From assembly GCF_003991155.1 (NCBI RefSeq), contig NZ_CP031293.1: DNA of 64,000 nt; one strand, written 5' to 3'. Within the stretch, counting starts at the first letter, position 1. Each line of letters opens with the position of its first letter. Shown in pieces: positions 1-15,109 of this stretch. The DNA comes from Escherichia coli (lineage in GTDB: Bacteria; Pseudomonadota; Gammaproteobacteria; Enterobacterales; Enterobacteriaceae). A model generated the notes under the pieces. It searched no databases, was not told the DNA's origin, and saw only the letters and a list, made by a program, of their open reading frames with translations. The position numbers and the translations under genes were made by a program.

Positions 1-206
1 AATTTGCCGCTCAGGCGGTAATGGGTTCCGCAAAAATGGTGCTGGAAACGGGAGAACATCCAGGGGCACTGAAAGATATGGTCTGCTCACCGGGAGGCAC
101 CACCATTGAGGCGGTACGCGTACTGGAAGAGAAAGGCTTCCGTGCCGCAGTGATCGAAGCGATGACGAAGTGTATGGAAAAATCAGAAAAACTCAGTAAA
201 TCCTGA
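1..206 (+). CDS. proC: pyrroline-5-carboxylate reductase, 3' end only (5' end upstream of window)
   Basis: Open frame runs to window start; C-terminus ...[39 protein letters not shown] matches ProC; stop TGA 204-206. Confidence 0.85.
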   Translation, partial: FAAQAVMGSAKMVLETGEHPGALKDMVCSPGGTTIEAVRVLEEKGFRAAVIEAMTKCMEKSEKLSKS

Positions 207-214
207 TGACTTTT

Positions 215-262
215 GCCGGACGTCAGGCCGCCACTTCGGTGCGGTTACGTCCGGCTTTCTTT
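215..262. terminator. Convergent proC/dgcC hairpin followed by T-rich tract
   Basis: Inverted repeat gccggacgt (215-223) / acgtccggc (247-255), then tttctttgctttg on + strand; sits between convergent stop codons. Confidence 0.5.
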
Positions 263-1338
263 GCTTTGTAAAGCGCCAAATCTGCCGATTTCAACCACTC
301 ACGATAGTGACTCATTTGTGGGTTCAGCGGCGCAACCCCAACACTAATCCGTAAAGTTACCTGTGGCGTATTCGGCAGACGTAATGTATTTAGCCCTTCA
401 TGCACTCGTAACATGGCGGTAATGGCGCTCTCAGCTGGCGTACCGGACATGATTACCGCAAACTCATCGCCGCCAAACCGACCAATCACATCGCTACCGC
501 GCAGGGTTATTTGTAACTGTCGGGTAAGCGCCACAATCGCTTCATCGCCCACATCATGGCCCCAGGTATCGTTGATGCTCTTGAAATGGTCGATATCGAT
601 AATCAGTAATGTCGCATCGCGGTTATGCCGCCGACAGTTATCAAATTCATTGCGTAACATAGTTTCCCAATGACGTCGGTTATACACGCCCGTCATACCG
701 TCGCGGGTACTCATGACCTGCAACCTGCGTTTATGTTCCGCCAGTTTAGTCGCCGTCTGGTAGCTGACCCAGCCAAACAGCAGAGGATAAATGACGATAA
801 TGGGAAGGGAGAGCCACCATTCCAGCGGCGCACTATTGAACGACACGGTGATGCCCGTCAGTTCGAGGGTGACAAGGCAGGAAACCACCATCAACAATAG
901 ACCCGCGACAAACAGACGGGGGCCGCCTGCCCCCATCAAATTCAGACACATAATCATCAACATCGCGGTGGAAGGCAGCACGTTTACGCCCATTACGCCT
1001 ACCCACATTCCCGCTAATACTGCATCGGTTTTTAAGTTGTAAATTTCCCGGCTAAGCGGATCGACGGCCCTGCTCGCTATCTGCCAGGCTAAATGCGGCC
1101 AGACGAACGCCCAGCCGACCAACACCAGCCACCACCAGCCCGGCGGCGGGTGCGAAACCAGCGTTGAAGCAATCGGTAAGAACATGCCAGCCAGGCCAAC
1201 CGCGCGGGGTAGTCTGACGCGACGGGCGAAGCGCAGCCCGGATCGCTGATGTTCGTTTTGAGGAGTTAAAGGAGGTTCCTCCCCATGCGCCGCCGCTTTT
1301 TTGAAAAAGTTTTCATCATTCATTATTTTTGGGAACAT
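223..1338 (-). CDS. dgcC: Diguanylate cyclase (GGDEF domain), membrane-anchored
   Basis: 371 aa ORF; hydrophobic N-terminal half, C-terminal GGDEF motif (RFGGDEFAV); matches DgcC/AdrA (YaiC). Confidence 0.9.
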   Translation of the reverse strand: MFPKIMNDENFFKKAAAHGEEPPLTPQNEHQRSGLRFARRVRLPRAVGLAGMFLPIASTLVSHPPPGWWWLVLVGWAFVWPHLAWQIASRAVDPLSREIYNLKTDAVLAGMWVGVMGVNVLPSTAMLMIMCLNLMGAGGPRLFVAGLLLMVVSCLVTLELTGITVSFNSAPLEWWLSLPIIVIYPLLFGWVSYQTATKLAEHKRRLQVMSTRDGMTGVYNRRHWETMLRNEFDNCRRHNRDATLLIIDIDHFKSINDTWGHDVGDEAIVALTRQLQITLRGSDVIGRFGGDEFAVIMSGTPAESAITAMLRVHEGLNTLRLPNTPQVTLRISVGVAPLNPQMSHYREWLKSADLALYKAKKAGRNRTEVAA

Positions 1339-1439
1339 TCAGAAACAATTTTCCCAAATTATAGAGACGGGGCTAAAGGCAGAAGTATGAAATTTCGGGT
1401 GAGCCATTTTCGTAGCTCACCCGTTAGCACTATCAGGTA

Positions 1440-1760
1440 TCAGGCGGCTTTCTTGAGGCAGGCGCTCATAAACTTATTACGATCATCCCCTTTCAGAGAT
1501 TGTTGCGTTGCTTGATTATTACATTCGCGCATCTTTTGCTGCTGTGGCGTCAAACTTTTTTCACCAGGCGCAGACTTGCTGTTCTTCAGGCAATCACTCA
1601 TGTAGGTCTTACGAGCATCCCCTTTCAACGCCTGCGCCGTCGCCTGCTGATTACAGGAGGTCATACGCTGTTGTTGCGGGGTTAAGGTTCTCTCGGCAGC
1701 GCCGACGGTGGTTAAAAAAACCAGTCCGAAAAGCAAGGTAACCAGTAATGTTATTTTCAT
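1440..1760 (-). CDS. psiF: Phosphate-starvation-inducible protein PsiF (signal peptide, two internal repeats)
   Basis: ORF-track frame 1440..1778; internal start MKITLLVTLLFGLVFL at 1760 is preceded by AAGAGGGA Shine-Dalgarno; 106 aa; downstream of phoA on same strand. Confidence 0.85.
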   Translation of the reverse strand: MKITLLVTLLFGLVFLTTVGAAERTLTPQQQRMTSCNQQATAQALKGDARKTYMSDCLKNSKSAPGEKSLTPQQQKMRECNNQATQQSLKGDDRNKFMSACLKKAA

Positions 1761-1878
1761 AGCACCATCCCTCTTCATGTTTTAACCATGAGCGTTTGCG
1801 CCCGTGATCTGCCATTAAGTCTGGTTGCTAACAGCAAAAAAACCACCCGACAGCGAAAATTCACCGCCGGGCGCGGTT

Positions 1879-3294
1879 TTATTTCAGCCCCAGGGCGGCT
1901 TTCATGGTGTAGAAGAGATCGGTCTGGTCGGTCAGTCCAACGACATTGGCGGCATGTGGGCCATACGCTGCAATACGCAACTGACTGCCGGTATGTTCTT
2001 GTGAATCCTCTTCGGAGTTCCCGTAACTCATCACCATCACTGCGCCATCTTTGGTATTTAGCGCCTGGGTGAGGCCCGGCGCTTTGGTGTCCGGCGCGAC
2101 AATCTGGCTGGCGTGGGCGTGATCAGCGGTGACTATGACCAGCGTGTTGCCATCCTTTTTAGCGAATTCCAGCGCACGTTGTACGGCTTCATCGAGATCG
2201 ACCGTCTCGCCAATTTGCCCACAAGGATTCGCAGCGTGATCCTGTTTATCGATTGATGCACCTTCAACTTGCAGGAAAAAGCCTTTCTCATTTTTACTCA
2301 ACAATTCAATGGCTTTGTCGGTCATCTGCGCCAGGGTCGGTACGCTGTCATTACGTTGCGGATTAGGTGTACAGGTGACTGCGGACTTATCTATATTACC
2401 GTGGTACGTTGCTTTCGGTCCTTGCCAGCGCACTGGCATATTGCCGTCAGCAAACAGTCCTAATAGGGGTTTTTGCTGATTCGCTTCCGTCACCGCATTT
2501 AGCGAGGCAGCATCGCTCACCAACTGATAACCACGCGCCAGTGCCTGTTCACGCAGCGTTTTTCCCTGCCATTCACCGGCGGTTGCCGTTTCAGCAAAGG
2601 TTTTTGCACCGCCGCCAAGCGTAACATCGGCACGGGCGTTAAGCAGCTGTTCGGTAATCGATCCTTTTCCGCCTTTTTCCAGAGCGTTACCCGGACATTT
2701 TTCACTGGTCGCACTCGGACCGTAGCATTTGCGCGAGGTCACATGCGCCACCAGCGCAGCGGGCGTGGCATCCTGCAACTCTGCGGTAGAAACGTTACCG
2801 GTCGCCAGACCTGCGGCTTTTGCCATTTCCAGAATCGTTGGGTGATCTTTTTCGTGAATATCGACGCCCAGCGCGCCGTTATAGGTTTTGACACCAGTTG
2901 ACCAGGCGGTTGCTGATGCAGCCGAGTCGGTGACGTAGTCCGGTTTGCCGGTTTTTTTATTCAGCGCATAGTGTGTGTATTGTCCGGTAAGCGGTAAGGC
3001 ATCGATACCTTTAAAAAAGCCGCCCGCACCTTCGGCATAATTGCGTGCGGCAGTAATTTCCGAGTCCCCCATCCCATCGCCAATCAGCAAAATAATATTT
3101 TTTGCAGGTTTATCGCTAAGAGAATCACGCAGAGCGGCGGTCTGATCACCCGTTAAGCGGCGAGCACCGCCGGGCGCAGTAATATCGCCCTGAGCAGCCC
3201 GGTTTTCCAGAACAGGCATTTCTGGTGTCCGGGCTTTTGTCACAGGGGAAAACAGTAACGGTAAGAGTGCCAGTGCAATAGTGCTTTGTTTCAC
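1879..3294 (-). CDS. phoA: Alkaline phosphatase
   Basis: 471 aa; GTG start (cac at 3292-3294 on + strand); signal peptide [20 protein letters not shown]; full-length match to PhoA. Confidence 0.97.
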   Translation of the reverse strand: MKQSTIALALLPLLFSPVTKARTPEMPVLENRAAQGDITAPGGARRLTGDQTAALRDSLSDKPAKNIILLIGDGMGDSEITAARNYAEGAGGFFKGIDALPLTGQYTHYALNKKTGKPDYVTDSAASATAWSTGVKTYNGALGVDIHEKDHPTILEMAKAAGLATGNVSTAELQDATPAALVAHVTSRKCYGPSATSEKCPGNALEKGGKGSITEQLLNARADVTLGGGAKTFAETATAGEWQGKTLREQALARGYQLVSDAASLNAVTEANQQKPLLGLFADGNMPVRWQGPKATYHGNIDKSAVTCTPNPQRNDSVPTLAQMTDKAIELLSKNEKGFFLQVEGASIDKQDHAANPCGQIGETVDLDEAVQRALEFAKKDGNTLVIVTADHAHASQIVAPDTKAPGLTQALNTKDGAVMVMSYGNSEEDSQEHTGSQLRIAAYGPHAANVVGLTDQTDLFYTMKAALGLK

Positions 3295-3355
3295 TTTATT
3301 TTCTCCATGTACAAATACATTAAAAATAAAAACAAAGCGACTATAAGTCTCGGCC

Positions 3356-3373
3356 GTGACAGCTTTATGACAG
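3356..3373 (-). promoter_or_regulatory. Pho box (PhoB binding site) of the phoA promoter
   Basis: Minus strand reads CTGTCATAAAGCTGTCAC, two direct CTGTCA-type half sites, about 60-80 bp upstream of the phoA GTG. Confidence 0.7.
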
Positions 3374-3393
3374 CTGTTGAAAAGATTAACTTT

Positions 3394-3654
3394 TTACTGA
3401 CGAGGATGCTTCAATAACTTCTTTACATAATTGCGCAGCAGCTCCGTATCGTCGTCAGGAATGCTGGCATCGGGCTTTACCTCGTACAGCGCCCCCTCTA
3501 CCTGATCAATCAACCTCTGTTGGTCATTTTGCGCCATATTGCGAAGCATTGCCGTGACGATAATCTCCAAAGCTTCTACCTGCGCACACAGTTCTTTCGA
3601 CTCTTCTTCTTTTTGGGCAAGCTTAAATAACAACTCAGCAATGAGATTTTTCAT
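3394..3654 (-). CDS. iraP: Anti-adaptor protein IraP (RpoS stabiliser under phosphate starvation)
   Basis: 86 aa [35 protein letters not shown]..., coiled-coil-like; position upstream of phoA. Confidence 0.85.
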   Translation of the reverse strand: MKNLIAELLFKLAQKEEESKELCAQVEALEIIVTAMLRNMAQNDQQRLIDQVEGALYEVKPDASIPDDDTELLRNYVKKLLKHPRQ

Positions 3655-4116
3655 GTCTGTATTTCCTTATCCAAAGTATGGAGAAGTTAACATTATGTTT
3701 CACAACTTCATAGTGTCTGGAAGTATTATTTTTATGACAAAGGAAATACTTTGCGCAAATATTTTTTGTTTGATTACCAGCGAAACGTTTCTCTTATTTT
3801 AATAATTACCCACACAAAATATAGGCTTTTAATTATCAACCTTTATTATAAATAAAAGTTATGAAATATATTCTCTTCGTTAACTTATAATTAAGAGAAA
3901 AAAACTCACTGCATGGCCATACAAGCCAGGAATAAATTAGCTTCCCGTTCATCATTTTTGTGATCTTGCGCACATCATTGAGATAACGCACTTTCTTCAC
4001 CAGTACGTTGCACGCTTTGTCAGCAGAAGATTGCAACATTCTGTCAGAAGGCCGCGAATCCCCCGTTTTGTCGTGGTAATGTATGCACTTTGTGTTAGAC
4101 GGGATAGGTTTTTAAG

Positions 4117-5211
4117 ATGGAAAAACTGCGGGTAGGAATCGTTTTTGGTGGTAAATCAGCGGAACATGAAGTGTCTCTGCAATCGGCAAAAAACATTGTC
4201 GATGCCATTGATAAAAGTCGCTTCGACGTTGTGCTGCTGGGCATTGATAAACAAGGGCAATGGCACGTCAGCGATGCCAGCAATTATCTGCTAAATGCAG
4301 ACGATCCTGCCCATATTGCGTTGCGCCCTTCGGCGACCAGCCTTGCGCAGGTGCCTGGTAAACATGAACATCAGCTTATCGACGCGCAAAACGGTCAGCC
4401 GTTGCCGACGGTGGATGTCATTTTCCCGATTGTCCACGGTACGCTGGGCGAAGATGGTTCCTTGCAGGGAATGCTGCGGGTCGCCAATTTACCGTTTGTA
4501 GGTTCTGATGTTCTGGCTTCAGCGGCCTGTATGGATAAAGATGTCACCAAACGTCTGCTGCGCGATGCCGGGCTGAACATTGCGCCATTTATTACCCTGA
4601 CGCGCGCTAATCGTCACAACATCAGTTTTGCCGAAGTGGAGTCTAAACTGGGGTTACCGCTGTTTGTAAAACCGGCTAATCAGGGCTCTTCTGTTGGTGT
4701 CAGCAAAGTAACCAGTGAAGAACAGTACGCAATTGCCGTCGATCTGGCGTTCGAGTTCGACCATAAAGTGATCGTTGAGCAAGGGATCAAAGGTCGTGAG
4801 ATCGAATGCGCAGTTCTGGGCAACGACAATCCGCAAGCCAGCACCTGTGGCGAGATCGTACTAACCAGCGATTTTTATGCCTACGACACCAAGTACATTG
4901 ACGAAGATGGCGCGAAAGTGGTTGTTCCGGCAGCCATTGCGCCAGAAATCAACGATAAGATCCGGGCGATTGCCGTTCAGGCCTATCAAACGTTGGGATG
5001 CGCAGGCATGGCGCGTGTAGACGTGTTTTTAACCCCAGAGAACGAAGTGGTGATCAACGAGATCAACACCCTGCCTGGCTTCACCAACATCAGTATGTAT
5101 CCGAAGTTGTGGCAAGCCAGCGGTCTGGGTTACACCGACCTGATCACGCGTTTGATTGAGCTGGCGCTGGAGCGTCACGCTGCAGATAACGCACTGAAAA
5201 CCACAATGTAA
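4117..5211 (+). CDS. ddlA: D-alanine--D-alanine ligase A
   Basis: 364 aa; N-terminus [30 protein letters not shown]-grasp family. Confidence 0.95.
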   Translation: MEKLRVGIVFGGKSAEHEVSLQSAKNIVDAIDKSRFDVVLLGIDKQGQWHVSDASNYLLNADDPAHIALRPSATSLAQVPGKHEHQLIDAQNGQPLPTVDVIFPIVHGTLGEDGSLQGMLRVANLPFVGSDVLASAACMDKDVTKRLLRDAGLNIAPFITLTRANRHNISFAEVESKLGLPLFVKPANQGSSVGVSKVTSEEQYAIAVDLAFEFDHKVIVEQGIKGREIECAVLGNDNPQASTCGEIVLTSDFYAYDTKYIDEDGAKVVVPAAIAPEINDKIRAIAVQAYQTLGCAGMARVDVFLTPENEVVINEINTLPGFTNISMYPKLWQASGLGYTDLITRLIELALERHAADNALKTTM

Positions 5212-5216
5212 TATTC

Positions 5217-5247
5217 AAACGCCCGGTAATATTCTTATTGGGCGTTT
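5217..5247. terminator. Hairpin at convergent ddlA/yaiZ 3' ends
   Basis: aaacgccc (5217-5224) / gggcgttt (5240-5247), 15-nt loop, followed by T-rich sequence on + strand. Confidence 0.45.
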
Positions 5248-5447
5248 TCAGTTTCTTCATCGCGACGACGAATAATCAACCCCGCCAGCCAGAAACTAAT
5301 CACCCACGTCACCAGACCGACGGCATAGGTCTGCCAACCTTTTGCTTCAAATCCCAGTAACCCCACCACGCCATTAAGAATGAATATAAGGCCAATGGCG
5401 AACGCATAGTAGTGCCAGTCACGGCGGATTTTTACAGGCAAGTTCAT
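5235..5447 (-). CDS. yaiZ: Small inner-membrane protein YaiZ (two predicted TM helices)
   Basis: ORF-track frame 5235..5579; internal ATG at 5447 gives 70 aa MNLPVKIRRDWHYYAFAIGLIFILNGVV... Confidence 0.6.
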   Translation of the reverse strand: MNLPVKIRRDWHYYAFAIGLIFILNGVVGLLGFEAKGWQTYAVGLVTWVISFWLAGLIIRRRDEETENAQ

Positions 5448-5706
5448 GGCAGCTCCGTTAACGAAAAACAACATCCTTGCATATTCTGTAACAACTGTCT
5501 GTGGGGTAGACAACACTTTCGCATTTGTTAATAAATTTAACTTAAGGTTGCCATTTTGTGACTCACAACGAAGATTCACGCTTCGGGAATATTCCCAACA
5601 TCAATTTACCATGATTCTGATATTGACAATCTTAATGACCTGTCAGACTTGCCATAAGCCGCTGGTATCACACCAGAAGAGAAGCAGATGACTTCCGGAG
5701 GTTTTT

Positions 5707-6015
5707 ATGGCTGATTTCACCCTGTCAAAATCGCTGTTTAGCGGAAAATATCGCAATGCCTCTTCAACGCCTGGCAATATTGCCTATGCGTTGTTTGTGC
5801 TGTTTTGCTTTTGGGCTGGGGCGCAATTGCTGAACCTGCTAGTGCATGCGCCCGGCGTCTATGAGCGTTTAATGCAGGTCCAGGAAACAGGTCGCCCACG
5901 GGTGGAAATTGGTTTAGGTGTCGGCACCATTTTCGGGCTGATCCCGTTTTTAGTTGGCTGCCTCATTTTTGCAGTAGTGGCGCTATGGCTGCACTGGCGA
6001 CATCGCCGCCAGTAA
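5707..6015 (+). CDS. yaiY: Inner-membrane protein YaiY
   Basis: 102 aa ORF with hydrophobic segments ([13 protein letters not shown]..., [21 protein letters not shown]). Confidence 0.7.
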
Positions 6016-6072
6016 GATTTACTTGCCAGATAGGACCTAAAACGCTTTATCTGGCATGACATTCCTGTTTGA

Positions 6073-7167
6073 TCACTGTTTCATACAACGCGCCCGCCGT
6101 TCGTCTACGCGCTTCGCAAACCAGGCCGTAGTCAGGTTGCGGGTGATTTTCGGGCTTTCCAGTTGAATGCCAGGCAACATTTCGCGGGGTAGTGATTTAC
6201 CCGTTTTCGCTTCGGCAAGTTGATAAACTTTCTTGTACAGCGCCGTCTCCTCAAAAGAGAAGCTGTCCCCTTTCTCTAACTGGCGGCGAATTTCACTGTC
6301 GCTCATCCCCAGTTTTCCCGCCAGTTTGCGCGTTGCCAGTTCGGTTTTCCCGGGCTCTTTACTGTCGTAACGAATTAAATCACCGTCCAGTGCCAGCTTC
6401 ACGCCGCTGACCTTACTGACCGCGTTCTGAAACGCGGCATTACGGCTGGCGTACCAGCCAGCGTTAAAATCAGCAAAACGGTATATCGGCGCGCTATAGC
6501 TGGCGGGATAATTCAGTAAATGGTAAGTACCAAACCACAACCCGCCGCGACGACTGAAGACTTCCTGACGGACTGTACCGTCCATTTTCCACGGATACCC
6601 TTTGGTATGCTGTTCGGCAAAGGCAATGCTGACCTGCATCGGCCCACCGGTGCGCACCGGATTAAGCGAACCAAACAACGTCTGCCCCATTGGCACCATG
6701 CTGATCAGATCGTCAAAAATCGCGCTCAATTGCTTTTCAGTACGCACCGAATCTAACCGTTCGCTATAGCTTTTGCCGTTTGGCGATTTGATTTTTAGCG
6801 CGGTATGCACCAGAAAAGCAGGAATGTGCATCCGTTCAGCACGACGGTCAATCTCTTGCCAGGCGATCTTGCTTAAGCCCGGAACAGCCGGATCTGCCTG
6901 ATAATTTGACTCCTGCTGCGCCACCGCCAGCACCGAGCAGACGTTTTCCAGCGTCGGTGCCAGCCCCTGACTTTCAAACGTGGTGGCGAGATCTTTCGCC
7001 CAGGCATCGCGGTCTTTCACGCTCGCAGGCATCTTCTGCCGCACGACGCTCGCCACATCTATCGCTTTTTCGCCCTTTTTCAACGGTTGCGGAGCCTGAC
7101 TACTACACCCCGCTAAAACCAGAACCGCCAACAATGACAGCGAAGATAGATGATTGACGCGCGACAT
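6073..7167 (-). CDS. yaiW: Lipoprotein YaiW (co-transcribed with sbmA)
   Basis: 364 aa; lipobox LAGC in signal peptide MSRVNHLSSLSLLAVLVLAGCSS; 12 bp downstream of sbmA on same strand. Confidence 0.85.
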   Translation of the reverse strand: MSRVNHLSSLSLLAVLVLAGCSSQAPQPLKKGEKAIDVASVVRQKMPASVKDRDAWAKDLATTFESQGLAPTLENVCSVLAVAQQESNYQADPAVPGLSKIAWQEIDRRAERMHIPAFLVHTALKIKSPNGKSYSERLDSVRTEKQLSAIFDDLISMVPMGQTLFGSLNPVRTGGPMQVSIAFAEQHTKGYPWKMDGTVRQEVFSRRGGLWFGTYHLLNYPASYSAPIYRFADFNAGWYASRNAAFQNAVSKVSGVKLALDGDLIRYDSKEPGKTELATRKLAGKLGMSDSEIRRQLEKGDSFSFEETALYKKVYQLAEAKTGKSLPREMLPGIQLESPKITRNLTTAWFAKRVDERRARCMKQ

Positions 7168-7179
7168 TACTTCTCCTTT

Positions 7180-8400
7180 TTAGCTCAAGGTATGGGTTAC
7201 TTCCTGAATTTTGTCACCATCCAGCTCATGTTCAAAGCTGCGCAGACGTTTGTAGATAGACATCAACTCAACCAGTGTGGTCCATGAGTTAATCAGGTAC
7301 TGGAAAGCTCCGCGAACCTGACCAAAAACGTTGGTAATCTGCGTCATCAGGCCGAGCGTAATCGTACCGGCAACAATTGACGGAAACAGCAAGAACAAAC
7401 CGAAAACGTTATCGACCTGCAAATAGAGAATGCGGGCGATATTGAAATACATATAGTGAAAATAGAGGCGGAAATAGTTTTTCCGTACGGCGCTAAAAAG
7501 CTCGCGTACCGTAGGCGGCGTCGCGCGCGTGGCATCGTCTTCACCATAAACCAGCTCTTTACGGTAGGCAGCCTCTACACGCTGGTTTTTAAACTCCAGC
7601 CCCGGCAGTTTGATCCCTACCACTGCCAGTAATCCGGTCCCCATCAGCGACCAGACGATAGCGGCAATCACCAGACCATACGGAATGTGCCCGACAATCG
7701 GCAGCTCCGGCACATGCGCGGAGAGCGTGACCAGCACCGGCAGGAAGGCGATCAACGTCATGATGGCGTTGATAAAACTGACGCCCATATTCTCCAGCGT
7801 TGAAGCAAAACGCATGGTGTCTTCCTGCACACGCTGTGCGGCACCTTCGATATGACGCAGTTGTTGCCAGTTCGCCATGTAATATTCGTTCATCGCTGTA
7901 CGCCAGCGGAACACGTAGTGACTGACAAAGAAGTTGTTCAGCACACTGATCACTACCGCGATCAGCGCAATCCCCAGAAAGACGCCCACTTCGCGGTAAA
8001 ATTGTTCGATGGTGACTTTATGCGGCGAACTTAGCGCGGTTTGAATCAGATCATAGAACGGCGCATACCAGGCGTTGACGGCGACCCCGACTTCCACCAA
8101 AAACCAGGTGACGAAGATGATCAGTGCAGTACCGAGTATTGACCAATATTGCCAACGATGCGGGCTATAGATAAACCAGAACAATGCAAAAAGTCCTACG
8201 CAAACAATGTAGTAAGCGTAAAAAATCAGGAAATCCAACGACCAGAAACGCGCGGCGCTAATCGGGATCTGCCCGGAAGCTCCGGTGATACGCGCCACCC
8301 AGTCACCCCCACCGGCTTGCCAGAAGATAACGGCAATCAATGCCCAAACAAAGGCCGAGAGAAAAAACGTTCCCGGCTTTGGGAAAAAAGACTTAAACAT
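7180..8400 (-). CDS. sbmA: Peptide antibiotic/antimicrobial-peptide inner-membrane transporter SbmA
   Basis: ORF-track frame 7180..8406; ATG at 8400 gives 406 aa [24 protein letters not shown]..., multi-TM. Confidence 0.9.
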   Translation of the reverse strand: MFKSFFPKPGTFFLSAFVWALIAVIFWQAGGGDWVARITGASGQIPISAARFWSLDFLIFYAYYIVCVGLFALFWFIYSPHRWQYWSILGTALIIFVTWFLVEVGVAVNAWYAPFYDLIQTALSSPHKVTIEQFYREVGVFLGIALIAVVISVLNNFFVSHYVFRWRTAMNEYYMANWQQLRHIEGAAQRVQEDTMRFASTLENMGVSFINAIMTLIAFLPVLVTLSAHVPELPIVGHIPYGLVIAAIVWSLMGTGLLAVVGIKLPGLEFKNQRVEAAYRKELVYGEDDATRATPPTVRELFSAVRKNYFRLYFHYMYFNIARILYLQVDNVFGLFLLFPSIVAGTITLGLMTQITNVFGQVRGAFQYLINSWTTLVELMSIYKRLRSFEHELDGDKIQEVTHTLS

Positions 8401-8751
8401 ATGCACTCCTGCTAACTTCTTATCGTTTTAACAACTGCTGTGTATTAACCGCATGACCGCTACAAAGCGTCAGCCAAATGAAACCGCCCATTGTGACCCA
8501 TAGCAAGGCGCTTAGTTCGCCAGCCTGAGCATAAGAATTGTTTCGACGGATTTCACAAACCAAAGATTGTTTACATAAGCGGATTAACACGCGCAGGATC
8601 ACAAATGCAGGCATTGGTGAGCAGGAAAAAGATCGTGTTTACGCGCCGTTACGTTTTTAACACTATTATTGCACTAATTCGCCCTTTGCAATCCATCAAT
8701 GAGTAGTATAAATACGCTCAGTTACCTTCATTCAATTTATGGACACCACCG

Positions 8752-9909
8752 TTGAAACGTAGTCTGCTTTTTTCTGCCGTGCTGTGTGCGGCGTCATTGA
8801 CCTCCGTCCATGCGGCGCAGCCGATCACTGAACCGGAGTTTGCCTCTGATATTGTCGATCGTTATGCCGATCATATTTTTTACGGCAGCGGTGCCACGGG
8901 GATGGCGCTGGTTGTTATCGACGGTAACCAGCGCGTCTTTCGCAGTTATGGCGAAACGCGACCTGGTAATAACGTTCGCCCGCAGCTGGATTCGGTCGTG
9001 CGTATTGCTTCCCTCACCAAGCTAATGACCAGTGAAATGCTGGTGAAATTGCTCGACCAGGGGACCGTGAAGTTAAACGATCCGCTAAGTAAATATGCTC
9101 CGCCAGGCGCACGCGTGCCAACCTACAATGGGACGCCCATTACGCTGGTGAATCTAGCAACCCATACCAGCGCCCTGCCCCGTGAACAGCCCGGTGGCGC
9201 GGCACATCGTCCGGTATTTGTCTGGCCAACGCGCGAGCAACGCTGGAAATACCTTTCCACTGCCAAACTAAAAGCCGCGCCAGGCAGTCAGGCGGCGTAC
9301 TCTAACCTTGCGTTCGACCTGCTGGCAGATGCACTGGCGAATGCGTCCGGCAAGCCTTATACCCAGTTGTTTGAAGAGCAGATTACCCGTCCATTGGGGA
9401 TGAAAGACACCACCTACACCCCCTCACCGGATCAGTGCCGCCGTTTAATGGTTGCTGAGCGCGGTGCCAGTCCGTGCAATAACACGCTGGCGGCAATTGG
9501 CAGCGGCGGCGTCTATTCCACGCCTGGCGATATGATGCGCTGGATGCAGCAGTATTTGTCATCTGATTTTTATCAGCGCAGTAATCAGGCAGATCGCATG
9601 CAGACGTTGATTTATCAGCGCGCGCAGTTTACGAAAGTGATTGGCATGGATGTCCCCGGCAAAGCGGATGCGCTTGGTTTAGGCTGGGTATATATGGCCC
9701 CGAAAGAGGGTCGTCCGGGGATTATTCAGAAGACAGGCGGTGGTGGCGGTTTCATTACCTATATGGCGATGATCCCGCAGAAGAATATTGGCGCATTTGT
9801 GGTGGTCACTCGTTCGCCATTGACGCGCTTTAAAAATATGAGCGATGGCATCAATGACCTGGTGACCGAACTGAGCGGGAATAAGCCGTTGGTCATCCCC
9901 GCGTCCTGA
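8752..9909 (+). CDS. ampH: Penicillin-binding protein AmpH (class C beta-lactamase fold)
   Basis: 385 aa; signal peptide; SxxK-type motif context (RIASLTKLMTSE); apparent TTG start at 8752. Confidence 0.9.
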   Translation: MKRSLLFSAVLCAASLTSVHAAQPITEPEFASDIVDRYADHIFYGSGATGMALVVIDGNQRVFRSYGETRPGNNVRPQLDSVVRIASLTKLMTSEMLVKLLDQGTVKLNDPLSKYAPPGARVPTYNGTPITLVNLATHTSALPREQPGGAAHRPVFVWPTREQRWKYLSTAKLKAAPGSQAAYSNLAFDLLADALANASGKPYTQLFEEQITRPLGMKDTTYTPSPDQCRRLMVAERGASPCNNTLAAIGSGGVYSTPGDMMRWMQQYLSSDFYQRSNQADRMQTLIYQRAQFTKVIGMDVPGKADALGLGWVYMAPKEGRPGIIQKTGGGGGFITYMAMIPQKNIGAFVVVTRSPLTRFKNMSDGINDLVTELSGNKPLVIPAS

Positions 9910-10592
<683 letters not shown>

Positions 10593-10606
10593 AACCTATT
10601 TCTTCA

Positions 10607-13570
<2,964 letters not shown>

Positions 13571-14095
13571 TTGTCATCCCTCCTCAGGGACGTAATAAGT
13601 TGATCCATCAATTATCAATGCATAGAAAACATATTATGTTTCGCGTTTACGATTATGCGGCGTTATAGAGGAATGGTTCAATTATTCTTTCCTCTAAGTC
13701 CGATTGCGGACATATATAAAGCACGTGAACACACACAAAGAAAGAAATAACAAAAACACAATATTTCAATACGTTAATGAAAGCGTTAATTTTAAAATAT
13801 AGACCATGAAAATACAAAACACACAAAACAGACAAATAATGTATCAATAAGCAATGAACTTTAAGTCATTCACTTTTTGAAAACGTCACCAAATCTCCAA
13901 AAACAATAATCTATAGCTATAAATAAAAATTAAAAATATTTTCAATGAATATAAATTTATTGCTATTTCTATTACAAAGATGTCCTGACCTCTCATTCAT
14001 TCTCTTCTTGTCAACATCGCGACAACTTTCGTAAAACATCCCCACCCTGCTTCAGGTATACTATGCCCCTCGATTCCACAAACATCAGGCAGACC

Positions 14096-15070
14096 ATGAC
14101 CGACTTAATCCAACGCCCTCGTCGCCTGCGCAAATCTCCTGCGCTGCGCGCTATGTTTGAAGAGACAACACTTAGCCTTAACGACCTGGTGTTGCCGATC
14201 TTTGTTGAAGAAGAAATTGACGACTACAAAGCCGTTGAAGCCATGCCAGGCGTGATGCGCATTCCAGAGAAACATCTGGCACGCGAAATTGAACGCATCG
14301 CCAACGCCGGTATTCGTTCCGTGATGACTTTCGGCATTTCCCACCATACCGATGAAACCGGCAGCGATGCCTGGCGGGAAGATGGACTGGTGGCGCGGAT
14401 GTCGCGCATCTGCAAGCAGACTGTGCCAGAAATGATCGTTATGTCAGACACCTGCTTCTGTGAATACACATCTCACGGTCACTGCGGTGTTCTGTGCGAG
14501 CATGGCGTCGACAACGACGCGACTCTGGAAAATTTAGGCAAGCAAGCTGTGGTTGCAGCTGCTGCAGGCGCAGATTTCATCGCCCCTTCCGCTGCGATGG
14601 ATGGTCAGGTACAGGCGATTCGCCAGGCGCTGGACGCTGCGGGCTTTAAAGATACGGCGATTATGTCGTATTCGACCAAGTTCGCCTCCTCCTTTTATGG
14701 CCCGTTCCGTGAAGCTGCTGGAAGCGCATTAAAAGGCGACCGCAAAAGCTATCAGATGAACCCAATGAACCGTCGTGAGGCGATTCGTGAGTCACTGCTG
14801 GATGAAGCCCAGGGCGCAGACTGCCTGATGGTTAAACCTGCTGGAGCGTACCTCGACATCGTGCGTGAGCTGCGTGAACGTACTGAATTGCCGATTGGCG
14901 CGTATCAGGTGAGCGGTGAGTACGCGATGATTAAGTTCGCCGCGCTGGCGGGTGCTATAGATGAAGAGAAAGTTGTGCTCGAAAGCTTAGGTTCGATTAA
15001 GCGTGCGGGTGCGGATCTGATTTTCAGCTACTTTGCGCTGGATTTGGCTGAGAAGAAGATTCTGCGTTAA
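14096..15070 (+). CDS. hemB: Porphobilinogen synthase (delta-aminolevulinic acid dehydratase)
   Basis: ORF-track frame from 14063; ATG at 14096 gives 324 aa [23 protein letters not shown]... Confidence 0.95.
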
Positions 15071-15080
15071 TGATCATTAT

Positions 15081-15108
15081 GCCGGGTTATCCAACCCGGC
15101 ATTTCTCC
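15081..15108 (+). terminator. Intrinsic terminator after hemB
   Basis: gccgggtt-atcc-aacccggc hairpin (15081-15100) followed by atttctcc. Confidence 0.55.
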
Positions 15109-15109
15109 C

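Noticed and set aside
1339-1439. Hairpin gggtgagc...gctcaccc between dgcC and psiF as a firm terminator call
   Set aside because: Stem is present but flanking U-tract is weak and orientation ambiguous; left unannotated.
3836-4039. 67-aa ORF between iraP and ddlA
   Set aside because: AT-rich divergent promoter region; no Shine-Dalgarno; likely non-coding.
13653-13847. 64-aa ORF in AT-rich region upstream of yaiT
   Set aside because: Falls in low-complexity AT-rich promoter DNA; no ribosome-binding site; composition-driven open frame.
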